Shown here: piece after piece, positions 1-10,647 of the stretch
Numbering within the stretch: position 1 is the stretch's first letter
Layout of the letters: each line of letters begins with the position of its first letter
From: Atractiella rhizophila
Taxonomy: Eukaryota
NCBI GenBank assembly: GCA_021432655.1
Contig: MU271301.1
Span: 60,870-80,869 of the forward strand
Length of the DNA: 20,000 bases
Reading direction: 5' to 3'
Translations under genes and position numbers: made by a program
Notes under the pieces: generated by a model
Databases searched by the model: none
What the model saw: the letters and a program-made list of their open reading frames with translations, nothing else
Told to the model about the DNA's origin: nothing

Positions 1-3000
1 CGCTGTATAAGCCGACAGGCGGAGGGTGATCGCCAGCTACAATCCCTTTTTAGTACTCTCATTCTTGCGCATCAAATAAAAGATTTACTTTGATCATAAA
101 TGGGCATCTGAAATCCCCACCTATCTTCGTCGCCGCTAAACATCGAAGTCGTATCAGAACCTCCATATTGTGACCCTTCGAAGATTTCAGAGTTGACGCC
201 AGCATGGAAATGTTTAGTCCCGAAAGCTTTCTCAGCTTCCCTCTTCCTCTTTTCCTTCCTCAACCTGGTCCTTTCCCAGTCTTCCCATCTCCTCAAAGGG
301 ACCGTGTCCGAGCTCACAGTTCCACTATCATCACCATGTCCTTTATCTTTCCCTTCTCCTGCCACTTTCCTCGTCTCTCCCCAAGAGAAATCATCGAAAT
401 GCCAGAATGAATACACCGGTAATATCTGATAACGAAACTCAGTGAATACCCTTTTGACAGAACAAGAGAAACTTGGCGTACAAAGTTCCACACCGGCAAA
501 GCCAAGAGATAGATGAACATCCACAGGATATAGACAATTTTTCTAGTTGTCAATAAGATTAAAACTGCAGGCAGTCCCAAAACTGCCCCGAGTAGAAGTA
601 GTGGTATAGCGTCTGCGAAGTTGTTGGGGGGATTGAGGATGTAGTTGACGATAAGTGTGTAAGTGAGGGAAATAGCGACAGGTAGAACGACTGTCCCGAT
701 TAGTTCCATAAAGACGACGAACTGCATCGAGAAGCAAAAAGTTCCACAAAGATTCGGTACGCGCACTAGCTCCATAAGATTGTGAATAGTGGAATTGATC
801 CATCTCCTTCTCTGGGAGAGAAGGACTTTGAATTCGTCCGGCGCAATGGTTCGACACTTGGCCTGAGGACAGAACATCATCTTCCTATTGGGAAACGTGC
901 GGATCATGAGCGTTGTGAGGAATCGATCTTCACCAAGAAGGAGCAGGTTCTTTTGATGCAAAGTTGAGACCACGCTCTGACTGTATTCCAAACAGATTTG
1001 AGGTTGAACGAGAACGGGAATCCAATCGCCATCGTTGTTCTTTCGCGCTTTGAGTCGGTACATCGAGAAACAACCCGGAAGACAAGTCACACCGCCGAAA
1101 ACTGACTCGAAACCTTTCGCCAGATGATGGGAAATGAAATACCTTCAAATCTTGTCAGCATCGCAAGAATAAAATAGCGGAGGGACACACTCAAAGACCT
1201 GAATAGCCGTAACCCAGGACTGTCGCTTGTTTGCAATTCTTGTCTCTCCGCACACGCCCATGATGGTGCTATCATGCTGGCAACAATTTACGAGGTGTTT
1301 GATAGAGTCTCTGTAGACCTTAGTATCGGCGTCAACCTAACATTGCGTATTCACCATCAGCAACTGTTCAAGTTATGTAAGGTCCGCACGCACCATTAGG
1401 CAAACCTCAAAGAAATCAGGGGTAACACCCATGAGCGCATTAGTTTTCCGGAAGAGATCGTAGTCCAAAGGCGTCATCCGATCATTGTAAGTGACCCGAG
1501 AAAAGAAATTCATGAGCACCATTTGCGAGTCCCTCTTTCCCCTGTTCCCTGGCTTCGCTTCGTGAGCTTCTTCGGGTGGTCCGCATTTTACAATGACGAC
1601 TATTGGTGTCCTGTGACCTTTGACCCTAGCTGCTCTCAGCAAAGGCCATCAGTCACATCCCAAACATGCGAGAAAAGGAAATCGGCGCACTGTAATGACC
1701 AGCATAAACCTTCGCCATATTATGAGCCTTTTTTCCAGCTCCAACAGCACCATAGCTCATCGGCTGCGGGTCTCTGAACCTCGAATCAACCTCAATCATG
1801 TTGACAACGATATCGGGAGTGGACATCTTCTCTCCGCTTCCCGTAATGAGACCGTCGCAAACAACAAAGATCAGCTTTCGGGCATCAGAATAGTCTGAAG
1901 CGGCAATGGAAGAGAGGGTGTTGCCGATTCCTTCTTCTCCCTCCGAATAACAAGTGACGAGCGCGACGCAGAAAAGTTCAGCACCAATGGAAGCCATAGA
2001 GATGAGTCCGTTCTGGTCCAGCGCTTGAACCGAGCCCTCTTTCCCACCCTTGACCAGTTTGTTGTGTTTCTGTGCCTTGGGACCCACCCATGGCGCCGCT
2101 CCATTCTTATTTCCCACGTCAATGTTGGCGCCTTCAGGCATGACAGCTGGCGAGATAACGTTCCGCTTGAGATTCCTGGGAGGCTTGACGAGTGTTTCAG
2201 AAAGGAACCAGTTGAAGACACAGGCCATGGCGAAGCGGGCAAGAACGATGGAGAGGATGACGAAGAGGGAAAGGTAGAGGAAGAGCTGAGAGACGAAACA
2301 GCCTGGTGTTATTTTGTCGATATGTCCCGCGTAATATTTGTCGGAGAGGCAGTCCATGGCGGGTTTGAGCTCATTGGAGGAGACGAAGAGACGGGTCGCG
2401 TCTTTGCCGCTGGAGGGGTCCATGGTTCGAAGAACGAAGCGGATGGCAGTGTCCACTGGATCGTTTGGTATGGCTTGAGGGACGGCAGCCATGTAAGGAG
2501 CTAAATTGAGGACGTTCCCATCGAGGACCAAGAAATCGGTCTCGTTTGCGACTCCATCCCAATCATATCCCGGCTCCTTCGTCACATTCTGCAATCCCAA
2601 GGCCGCGAGGTTCGAGAAGCTGAGATCTCCAGCCGCACATGAGGCGAATTGAGATGTACTCGAGTTGGCGCACAGGTTGGCGGTGGCGTAGCGAGCGGTA
2701 TTGCCAGCGCATGAGGGGTATGTCACCTTGGTACGGTCGAACAGTGCGGTGATATCCAGCCCGCTCTCTTGATTGGCGAGCTTGGCGAAATCTACTCCTG
2801 CCACCGGTTTCGATCCTGTGGTATTGAAGAGCCAGCCGTTGATGCCTACGAGACCGGGGAGGGATCCCAACCTGACGTATTCCGCTGGTCCGTGATTGCT
2901 CGAGTTGGGGCAGAGGACGGCCGATAAACCGATGGTGACGAAACCCACGATGCCTCCGAGGAGCAGAGCGATGGTACAAAGAGCCACCTTTTCTCTCCAA

Positions 3001-3422
3001 GCGCGTTGGGTAGGCAAGTCCTTCATTCCCCCGATCCAGTCAAGCAAGAACGGAGGAGCCCACCAAGTGCAGCAGTAGGAAAAGAAGGTCCACGGCTTGA
3101 ACCACCCATCGTCGTCTCCCTTCATTTTGGAGATGGGAACCGGCATCTGTTGCTGACCGAGCGCTTGGGTGGGATTGATGAGAGGTGCAGGGGTGACATG
3201 GCGTTCCGGACGAGTGAGGGTCTTGCCTCTCGTCAGCTTTCGCTGGTAAGGGTTATTCTGGACGCCTATGAACGTCTTGCTCCTGTCTACTCCTGCGCCA
3301 GAGTTATTGGAAGCTGCTCCAGGCGGGCGTCGACGGCCGACGGGCTCTGGAGGAGGCTCATTGAGGAAGTGCGGACGATTAACGAGCGTAGTTGAGGAGT
3401 TGTTGGACAAGGGTATTGACAT
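1..3422 (-). CDS. Chitin synthase, class IV type (yeast Chs3-like); multi-exon, 3' end continues beyond the window
   Basis: Spliced ORFs give [63 protein letters not shown] and [12 protein letters not shown]. No myosin-motor domain. Short GT-AG introns at about 1630-1690, 1337-1390, 1145-1198 and 426-480. Confidence 0.95.
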
Positions 3423-3584
3423 CTTCAGTCACGCCCTTCAACTTCAGTCTGCGTGAATTATGAAATGTGAGAAATAAACACTTTACTTAAGAAATGGAGT
3501 AGGCGAAGGGCGAAGGAGTGTTGGTGGTTTGGATGTGCATCAATTTAGCCGTGGCAAGTTTCTAGTCTCAACGTTTCAACCACG

Positions 3585-3942
3585 ATGCATCCTGCGCTAT
3601 CCGAAAGACACAAGGGTATTATTATTATTACATTTACTTTGGCTATCTCTCTGCTGACGAGTATTGCCTTCAGTGTGTGCTCCATACATCCAGGCCCTCG
3701 AAGAGTGCCACCAAAATTTTCTCAAGACTTACACTGGAGGCTGCAACGACGTGAAGCAGGAGCTCAATCTCTGCTTACGGCGTTTGGTATGTCTTCTCAA
3801 TTCAGCTTAACAGGGACGGTAGGAGTGACTGCGAGCGTGGTAGCGGCTCGAACGAACGAGGGTGAATATTGAGAAAGGCCGGGAGAAGCGACGACAGCTC
3901 GAGGAAAAGTGGCGGCAGAACGAGCTTGAGGCTACTCCTTAA
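3585..3942 (+). CDS. CMC2: Twin CX9C mitochondrial intermembrane-space COX assembly protein (Cmc2-like), about 80 aa, 3 exons
   Basis: Exons 3585-3615, 3674-3786 and 3844-3942 (GT-AG introns) splice to MHPALSERHKVCAPYIQALEECHQNFLKTYTGGCNDVKQELNLCLRRLRLERTRVNIEKGREKRRQLEEKWRQNELEATP*. It has the MHP-L start and two exact CX9C motifs typical of the Cmc1/Cmc2 family. Confidence 0.88.
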
Positions 3943-4060
3943 TCCAGTCCTTAATCCCCTCTTAGCTCGTCCATTCTCTTCGTCAGTGTATTTGTATCAC
4001 CAGGAATTAGGTCATGTATTCTATACGTATCTCAGCTCATCATCCACGTACAAAGTGGCA

Positions 4061-5146
4061 TCACGAGAATATATTCCCCCACATCATGAAGAATCCGACA
4101 ATAAACACCAGCACCGCCAAATCATCCAACACCCCCGAGAGAAGGGTCCAGTAACGTCCTCCTGTATTAAGCGCTACAGCCAGTTGAGGAGGAAGGTGAG
4201 GAGTTATAGCCGCCAGTAAGGTGGGAGGAGCGAATTGATTCTGCTCATGTGCACCTGTCAGTTCAGGAATGGGAGCAGCGCAAAACACGTACTCGATTCA
4301 TATAGTAACGAGTGGATTGTAGCACTACTTCAAGAGTTGCAAACATGGCGAGCATGGGCTGTCCCATCAACCATCAATGCAGTCAGAAGCAAATTCAAAC
4401 ACCATGAGTCCCGAGCAAACAACGCACCACCTTCCCAACTGCTCCTTCTAATCCGACACTGGGTCTCTCCCACCTCAATCCTTTCCACCTCTTCATATTT
4501 CCCTCTTCTCCGACCACCAACGCGCTCACTGGCTCTAGTACCATGGCGGCATACAACCCCAAAGCAGCAACGAGCAAAAAGTGTACGAGCTCATAAGCCA
4601 CCCTCCCCAGGGTTGGGCGTTCCTTCGGGCGTGGCGGACCTGAAGAGGTTCCGTTGGCGAAATTGAGGAGTTGTTGGAGGGGATTAGCGGCGTCCATTTG
4701 AGGTAGTGGGAAAGGGAATTGCGGCGATTCTGTCCCTCCAGCTCCTCCTCCTCCCGCTGTAGGCGTGATCGTATCGAACATGGAAGGGGTCGGCATGAAC
4801 GACGACGTGTCCCCAACGAATGAATCGCCAAACACTCTCGAACTTCGTAAGCTCTCGTCTCCTGAACCACCTGCTGCACTCCAACTCCTGGAAATGTCTA
4901 CTTCTCCTGGATCGGAAACGTCTTCACTCGCAAGTGCTCCGCTCGCTCGTGGAGTTGATGGTGGATGCTCTATGCAACTTGAAATTGTACCCACCGAAAC
5001 ACAGGAAAACACTCACGTGTATACAAAGCAGCGTCCTCCCCTGGTCTCCCTGAGCCTGTAATCCTGGCTAAACGGTCGTTGCCCTTCGCTAGCAGCCTTG
5101 CTTTCCGCGCCTCAGCCTTTGCCCTTTTCTCTTCGCTCGTAGACAT
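4061..5146 (-). CDS. GET2: GET complex receptor subunit Get2 / CAML-like ER membrane protein, multi-exon
   Basis: Basic N-terminus MSTSEEKRAKAEARKARLLAKGNDRLARITG resembles the Get3-binding helices of Get2/CAML. Then DPGEVDIS, a long low-complexity linker and three C-terminal hydrophobic segments (LVHFLLVAALGLYAAMVL; MLAMFATLEVVLQSTR; DDLAVLVFIVGFFMMW). First intron 4970-5016. Confidence 0.8.
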
Positions 5147-5251
5147 TTCGTCGCTAGTCGTTCGCCCTCTCCCAAATCCGACCGCCTTTACGTGTGCCTC
5201 AGCCACCGCGACGACGAAGCAGCTTAATATTTTGGGTAAGACAGTTGGATA

Positions 5252-6716
5252 ATGGCACCTGCCGAGCTCGCATTAGAAAGTACACTACAGAACGTCTTAG
5301 ATGCTAAAGACCTGCGTACGTCGTTCCCTCTACCTCGCTGGATGTGTGGTTCACCAGTGATCGAAGGCTGGATATTCTGCGGTTAGCTGCTTGTCTGTCT
5401 GTGATGAGCTCTTCATAACGTCTCCTATGAGTTTAGGAGGGAAAGGAGGAGTAGGTGCGCGGTTGTCTCTCTCTCTAGCTTTTCGCTAGCTAAGACAACG
5501 GCTCAGGCAAAACGACGACATCATGCTCGCTTGCTGTACAGCTCGCAAAAGTTCGAGACTCCGTTCTTCTGATGTGCCATCTCTCCTCACGTCTGTACGC
5601 CATACTGAATAATACGAATAGCTCGACAGATCCTGCACACAACCTTTCGGACGCCTTCTCGCAGAAATTCGGCAAGGAAGCTACACTTGTTAATGGATTC
5701 AACAACCTTTATGCGATGGAAATCGATCCAACCTCTTCCATCCGAGAGATGGTATTGCAAGGTTTGTACCTTACATTGCGTAGCGAATAATGGATAACAA
5801 TATGAACAGCGGATCAGAATGGTGCTATGGGCACAATCATGCAAGACCTTGCGTTTGCCATTCCTGGAATCGATGAAGCCATGGGATTTGCAGAAATCAT
5901 GAAGTACGCATGTCATCTGTCTTCTGCCTCGCACTTTGCTAACAACTACACCCCAGGCACGTCAAATCGATGGAATTTTCAGTCATTGTCTTCGACACAG
6001 CACCTACTGGCCACACCCTTCGCTTCCTCTCTTTCCCCTCCGTCCTTGAGAAGGCACTTGCGAAGCTCTCAACGTTGTCTGGACGGTTCGGACCGATGAT
6101 GAACCAGATGATGGGCATGATGGGCATGGGAGGAGAAGGTGGAAATCCGACTGAGGATATGTTTGGCAAACTAGAGCAGATGAGAGGCGTTATTACCGAG
6201 GTTAACACCCAGTTCAAGGATCCCGTACGTTTTCTATGCTTCCTCTGCTAGAATAGACTGATTGGGGTATGCATGGGAACAGGATAAGACGACATTCATC
6301 TGTGTTTGCATTTCAGAATTTTTATCCCTCTATGAGACAGAACGTCTCATACAAGAGTTAACGGCGTACGAGATTGATACCCACTGCATCGTGGTCAATC
6401 AACTCCTCTTCCCGAAACCAGGTCCGCACTTCCCTTCCTTTCCAGCGCCGGCTAATGTGAGAATGGGACAGGAACGAATTGCGAACATTGCTCCGTTCGT
6501 AATGCGATGCAGCTAAAGTATCTTGACGAGATTCACGATTTGTACGGAGAGGATTTTCACGTTGTCAAGATGCCCCTATTAACAGAAGAAGTACGTGACT
6601 CTCCTTTGCCTTTTCTAACTATGACAACTCATTTTACATCGGTAAAGGTGAGAGGCGTGGAGAAAATCAAGAGTTTTTCAGAAATGCTGATTAAGCCATA
6701 CGAGCCACCGAAGTAG
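5252..6716 (+). CDS. GET3: Get3/ASNA1/TRC40 ATPase for tail-anchored protein targeting, multi-exon
   Basis: Spliced product contains [20 protein letters not shown] (deviant Walker A), [47 protein letters not shown] and the CEHC (CxxC) zinc dimerisation motif. Ends YEPPK*. Confidence 0.96.
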
Positions 6717-6901
6717 ACACTGTTTCGATGCTCATATTTTGGAATTCACACGGCGCCTTTCCTTTCCGTATCAGTAGCTTCCCAGGTTTGTTTAGAAACT
6801 CCCAATGCCAATGCATAAAACAATAAATATCACTTCCTTCGACAAATAAACAGTTTTTAACAGCCCTCTTACTTAGAAACCAAGATAAGTTAGCTGTCTC
6901 C

Positions 6902-8506
6902 TCAAAGTCGCGAGCTCTTCTTTTTGTCTGCACCGTTCTCGTATCCTTCTGTGGTAACCTTCCAGCCAGTCACCTCCTCGTTGTCTATCCTCTCCTTTAG
7001 GCGATCCCCGAACGCGGAAGCCGGCGTGAGGACCCCTCCCTTTGCCGCTATTGGAGTGAGCTTCTCTGGTTCGATGAGCAGCATTGCACATTCAGCGAGC
7101 AGAGATGCTGTCCTGTAGTAAGCGGGATCGCCCTTGCATGTTAGAATGCACTTTCCGCCGTACTTGCCATCCTCCGACGTCGCTATGGTCGACACCTGTG
7201 AATTCAGTTCAACGTTAAGGCATAAAGATCGCAGCAGGAAGCGAACAGACCTTGCATCGGCCGCTTTCTTTGTACTTGACTGGTCCAGATCCTTGACTAG
7301 GTCCAAACCGTTTCACGAGCCATCTCACAGGTGCAACATAGTTGAGGAGGATAAAACTGGTGATGATAATAGCACTTTTCAGGAAGGCTACGATTGGGTT
7401 GCGCTCCTCAGTGAACTCGTTATAGCTGCGTGCTCTGATTTGAACGCGTCGTTCCAGAAAATAACAAATACTCACTCAAATTTTCGACCATAAGGAGCAA
7501 TGTTCGATGCGACTCGATCCAGAATTTGTCGCGTCCTTTCCACAACTGTTCGATTGTATGGAGACTAGATTGTCAGTCAGCGACGGTACAGTCAATGTTG
7601 AACGCTCACCATCAACCAAAAACTTCCCCATGTCCCATTTTCCTTCGCACACCAAATGGTATTTGTAGGAACAGGCAACCCTTCAGGCATCCCATTCTGT
7701 TTGAGGTCTTCCGCCATCGCAATGCCGGAAGCAAGTGTACCTCCGGAAAAGAATGAGAGAACCCTCCATCCTGAGCGCACCTTCCCCACTGGGGTCGTGG
7801 GAGATGGAGAAACCTCTCTCATCTTCTTGACAGCCTCGTATGCGGAGAGATCAGAAGGAACAGAATCCAATCCACAACTCGGGACTGCCACTGGACTTAG
7901 ACAGAGGCAACAATCATAAAAGAAAAAAAAACTCACCCAGAATAGCGCCTGTCTGTTGAGCAACATCATTATAAGTATTGATCATTCGTTGTAGCCACGG
8001 CCCTTCTCCCGTCAAATCTGTAAAATCAAGTCTCAACGCTCAGCAAAGAAGGCAATAAGGACTCTTTGACTTGCCGACATAGTGTGTTCCATTCTCAGCG
8101 CAGGCCCTATCGAGGAGTCAGCGTTCTCTTCCTTCATCTCGAATGGAGACTTGCTTGAATAGGGAGGTTCCATAATGAGTGTACGGGCCAACAGTAGTTA
8201 ATACAACCTTGCACCTCTTTGCCATGTCGATGAGAGATTGCTCGTTTCCACTTTCGGCGATGATGATCTCCACTTCATCATGAAGATTGTATTTCTTCTT
8301 AATATCCCTGAGTTTTGGTTCAGACCTGCCAGCTATCGCCCACTTCTTTGGTGGATGGGGGTGTTTTGAAATATATTCTGCGACATAGTCTCCCCTGTGA
8401 AACAAGTCAGCAAATGATTGATTATTCAAGGAAAGAGGAAGGCATGCGTGAAACCAGTTGCCCCAAAAACGACCAGATCAATCTCTCTTTCGGTTTTGAC
8501 TGACAT
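6902..8506 (-). CDS. Saccharopine dehydrogenase-like oxidoreductase (SCCPDH / trans-acting enoyl reductase family), multi-exon
   Basis: Rossmann start IDLVVFGATGFTG, then WAIAGRS, TTVGPYTHYG, YVDLTGE, CGLDSVPSDL, SGGTLAS, GDPAYYRT and GGVLTPASAFG. Confidence 0.88.
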
Positions 8507-8596
8507 GTTCAAGTAAGTTCGACGTCACTCTTGCTCGGAGGAGAAACACTGCAATGCGTCGATATCGTCCAAACCTCCTCGATCAGTAGGTCTTCA

Positions 8597-8604
8597 TTTA
8601 TATA
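8597..8604 (-). promoter_or_regulatory. Candidate TATA box for the SCCPDH-like gene
   Basis: TATATAAA on the minus strand about 90 bp upstream of the ATG at 8506. Confidence 0.4.
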
Positions 8605-8932
8605 CACTGCTGGGCAAACAGTTACGTGGCCCAAGGGGCTTTCACGTTGCGAGGAATGAGGCATATGCAACTTGATGGCTAGTTGAGCAACCGGAATCTG
8701 CCGCCGGCTACCAATCTCGCTCGAACCGGTCGGATATCGGGGATTATCATGTGTGTGTAGAATTTATTGTTATTGAGAGCTTACGACAGCTTAGAAAAGA
8801 AGCGTGGATGGACCATGAATGATTTTATTGGGTCATTTTGGTGACAGAAGAGCTCCGTGCATTACTTGATTGATATTCGGATGGACTCTACTATTTTCAG
8901 GAAGAGCAACCTCCATATCTCTCTCATTTTCA

Positions 8933-10543
8933 TTACAAAGCTGACGTACATTCGGTCAACTTTCCTACCAAGTTTCAAGATAGAGACACTCACCAGACGC
9001 TCCGGTAATGATATCCACCAACTCGTTGGTAATGGCACCCTGTCGCTTGGTGTTGAACTGCATTTGCAAGCTAGTAATCATCTCTCCAGCGTTCTTGCTA
9101 GCATTATCCATAGCGTTTCTTCTGGACGAGATCTGCAAACTGTCTGTTCATGTATGCCGAGAAAAACGAGGGAGGTATACGAACTTCAGAGGCGTGTCCC
9201 TCAACCAGAGCTGTGAACACCAGGTTCGCCAAGCTGAAAGAAATGAGGTCTTTAGCAAGCTCGTCATCCTCAACTTCATAAGCGGAGAAAGCGGGCGAGT
9301 TCTTGAGCGCATCGACGGACGAAATGGTCAGAATGTCGGACTCGAAGGAGATAGCCGAGATGAATTTATTGTAAACAATTTTGACCTGCACACCAATTCA
9401 AGCGACACCGCAAGCTCCAAAAGAGCGATGCAACGCACGACATCGTATTCTAAGCCCTGAGTGGTGATCAACTCGGCAACTGCCAAAGCGTCCTCAAACG
9501 ACGGAACGGCACGGCCAATTTGATTGACAGAGAAGGCCAATTTCTCAGGGACGGAACGACCAAGTTGCGCTTTGGGCTTGTCACTATACATAGGTCAACT
9601 TAGTGTCCTGTCTCAAAAAAAAGATAACCAACCAAAGAACAACAATTGAAAACCCCCCCTAACCCCAACAAACCCCCTCCCCCCCCCCCTGGAAAAAAAA
9701 GAAAGGAAAACAACCCAAAAAACCCCGGCCCCTGAAAACCTGGGCCAGCAATTTCATTCTCCACGACATACCATTGGTTGAAAACTTACAACAATGTAAA
9801 GGGTCTTCTGACCGTCCTTAGTTTCTGGAGGTGGAATCGACTGGAAGATAGCGGTGCTAGCAGCTCCGTAGCCCTTGGCTTCTCGCATCGCCTTTTGAGC
9901 CTTGTTGAGACGAGTAGTGGCAATCATCTTCATGGACTTGGTGATCTTTTCAATGTTCCTGCGCACACCAGTCAGGTCAGCCTCCGGCACTGTTCTTACA
10001 CCATCGAAAAGGGAAGAGTGATCCCTGGATAAGGAGAATTTATGATGCTGCAGGTGAGAAATGTACCGAGCAAACCAGGTGTAGTTCCCGACTTTGCAAA
10101 CATTAGAATGCTCTTGGCAGGGCAGGAGTGGCTACTGGGTACCAGCATTCGTGTATGCCTCGCACGCGACAATGATCTTAAACATTCGTACCATGTAGAA
10201 TGCCTTCAGACTAGTGTGTCAAGCTTCCTTTTTAACGGAAAAATGTTGTCGTCACCAGCACCAGTTTGGCGCCAGCCGCATCTTTGCAATGACGCCTTTC
10301 GTCCGTCAATTTAAGTTTCTTTCATAGAGCAACAGAATAGGAGTAGTCCAAGTCTCCTGCGACACCATGCTGAGAGATAAGAACGACATACTTGACAGAC
10401 CGAATCCTGCTCTCCAACTCCTTCAGGGTCGCCGCGGCGACTGGGGAAGCGGAAAAGTTCCTCCTGCCGGCGACTGAGGCATGAGTGAAGAGTATGCCAG
10501 CCTGGCGGGAGAGTGCGGGGGTAGGACGAAGGAGCGGGAGCAT
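8933..10543 (-). CDS. ATP3: Mitochondrial F1 ATP synthase gamma subunit, multi-exon
   Basis: Presequence-like [14 protein letters not shown]..., then [61 protein letters not shown] and [19 protein letters not shown]. One internal exon (about 9630-9739) is corrupted in this assembly. Confidence 0.95.
9959..10391 (-). ncRNA. Candidate intron-encoded structured RNA(s), possibly H/ACA snoRNA, in the 433-nt first intron of ATP3
   Basis: The intron is about 8x longer than its neighbours. It has several stem-loops, one of which pairs only on the sense strand via G-U (10255-10275). An ANANNA box lies at 10317-10322, and ACA triplets follow hairpins at 10244-10246, 10062-10064 and 9991-9993. Family not identified. 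Confidence 0.45.
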
Positions 10544-10647
10544 GGTCAGGTTGTGTTGCGGTGGAACTTTTTGCAATGGTTAATGATGCAGGTTAATGAC
10601 AACCATAGAACCACCATTTCCCAGCATGTTTACTGGATATTAGGAGC

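Noticed and set aside
1871..3456. Many antisense and alternate-frame ORFs of 60-160 aa over chitin synthase (and similarly over the other genes)
   Set aside because: These are shadow ORFs of real coding exons with no recognisable motifs.
5382..5436. C-box-like GTGATGA in GET3 intron 2
   Set aside because: The intron is only 55 nt and has no downstream CTGA D box, too short for a C/D snoRNA.
9640..9735. Poly-C/poly-A tract with CCCTAACCCC as a telomeric, G-quadruplex or telomerase-template element
   Set aside because: It lies exactly where a conserved ATP3 exon should be and tracks the expected codons, so degraded base calls explain it better.
10070..10280. Short complementarities of the ATP3 intron to rRNA (CTGGCGCCAAACT vs SSU AGUCUGGUGCCAG; AACTAcACCTG vs LSU CAGGUUAGUU)
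   Set aside because: The matches are imperfect, rely on rRNA sequence recalled from memory, and lack convincing guide-pocket or D-box geometry. Not enough to name a snoRNA family.
9959..10391. RNase P/MRP, SRP, U3, U17/snR30 or TPP riboswitch identity for the long intron
   Set aside because: I could not find the diagnostic motifs (paired CR-I/CR-V, SRP helix 8, U3 boxes in order, m1/m2, TPP core) in the right arrangement.
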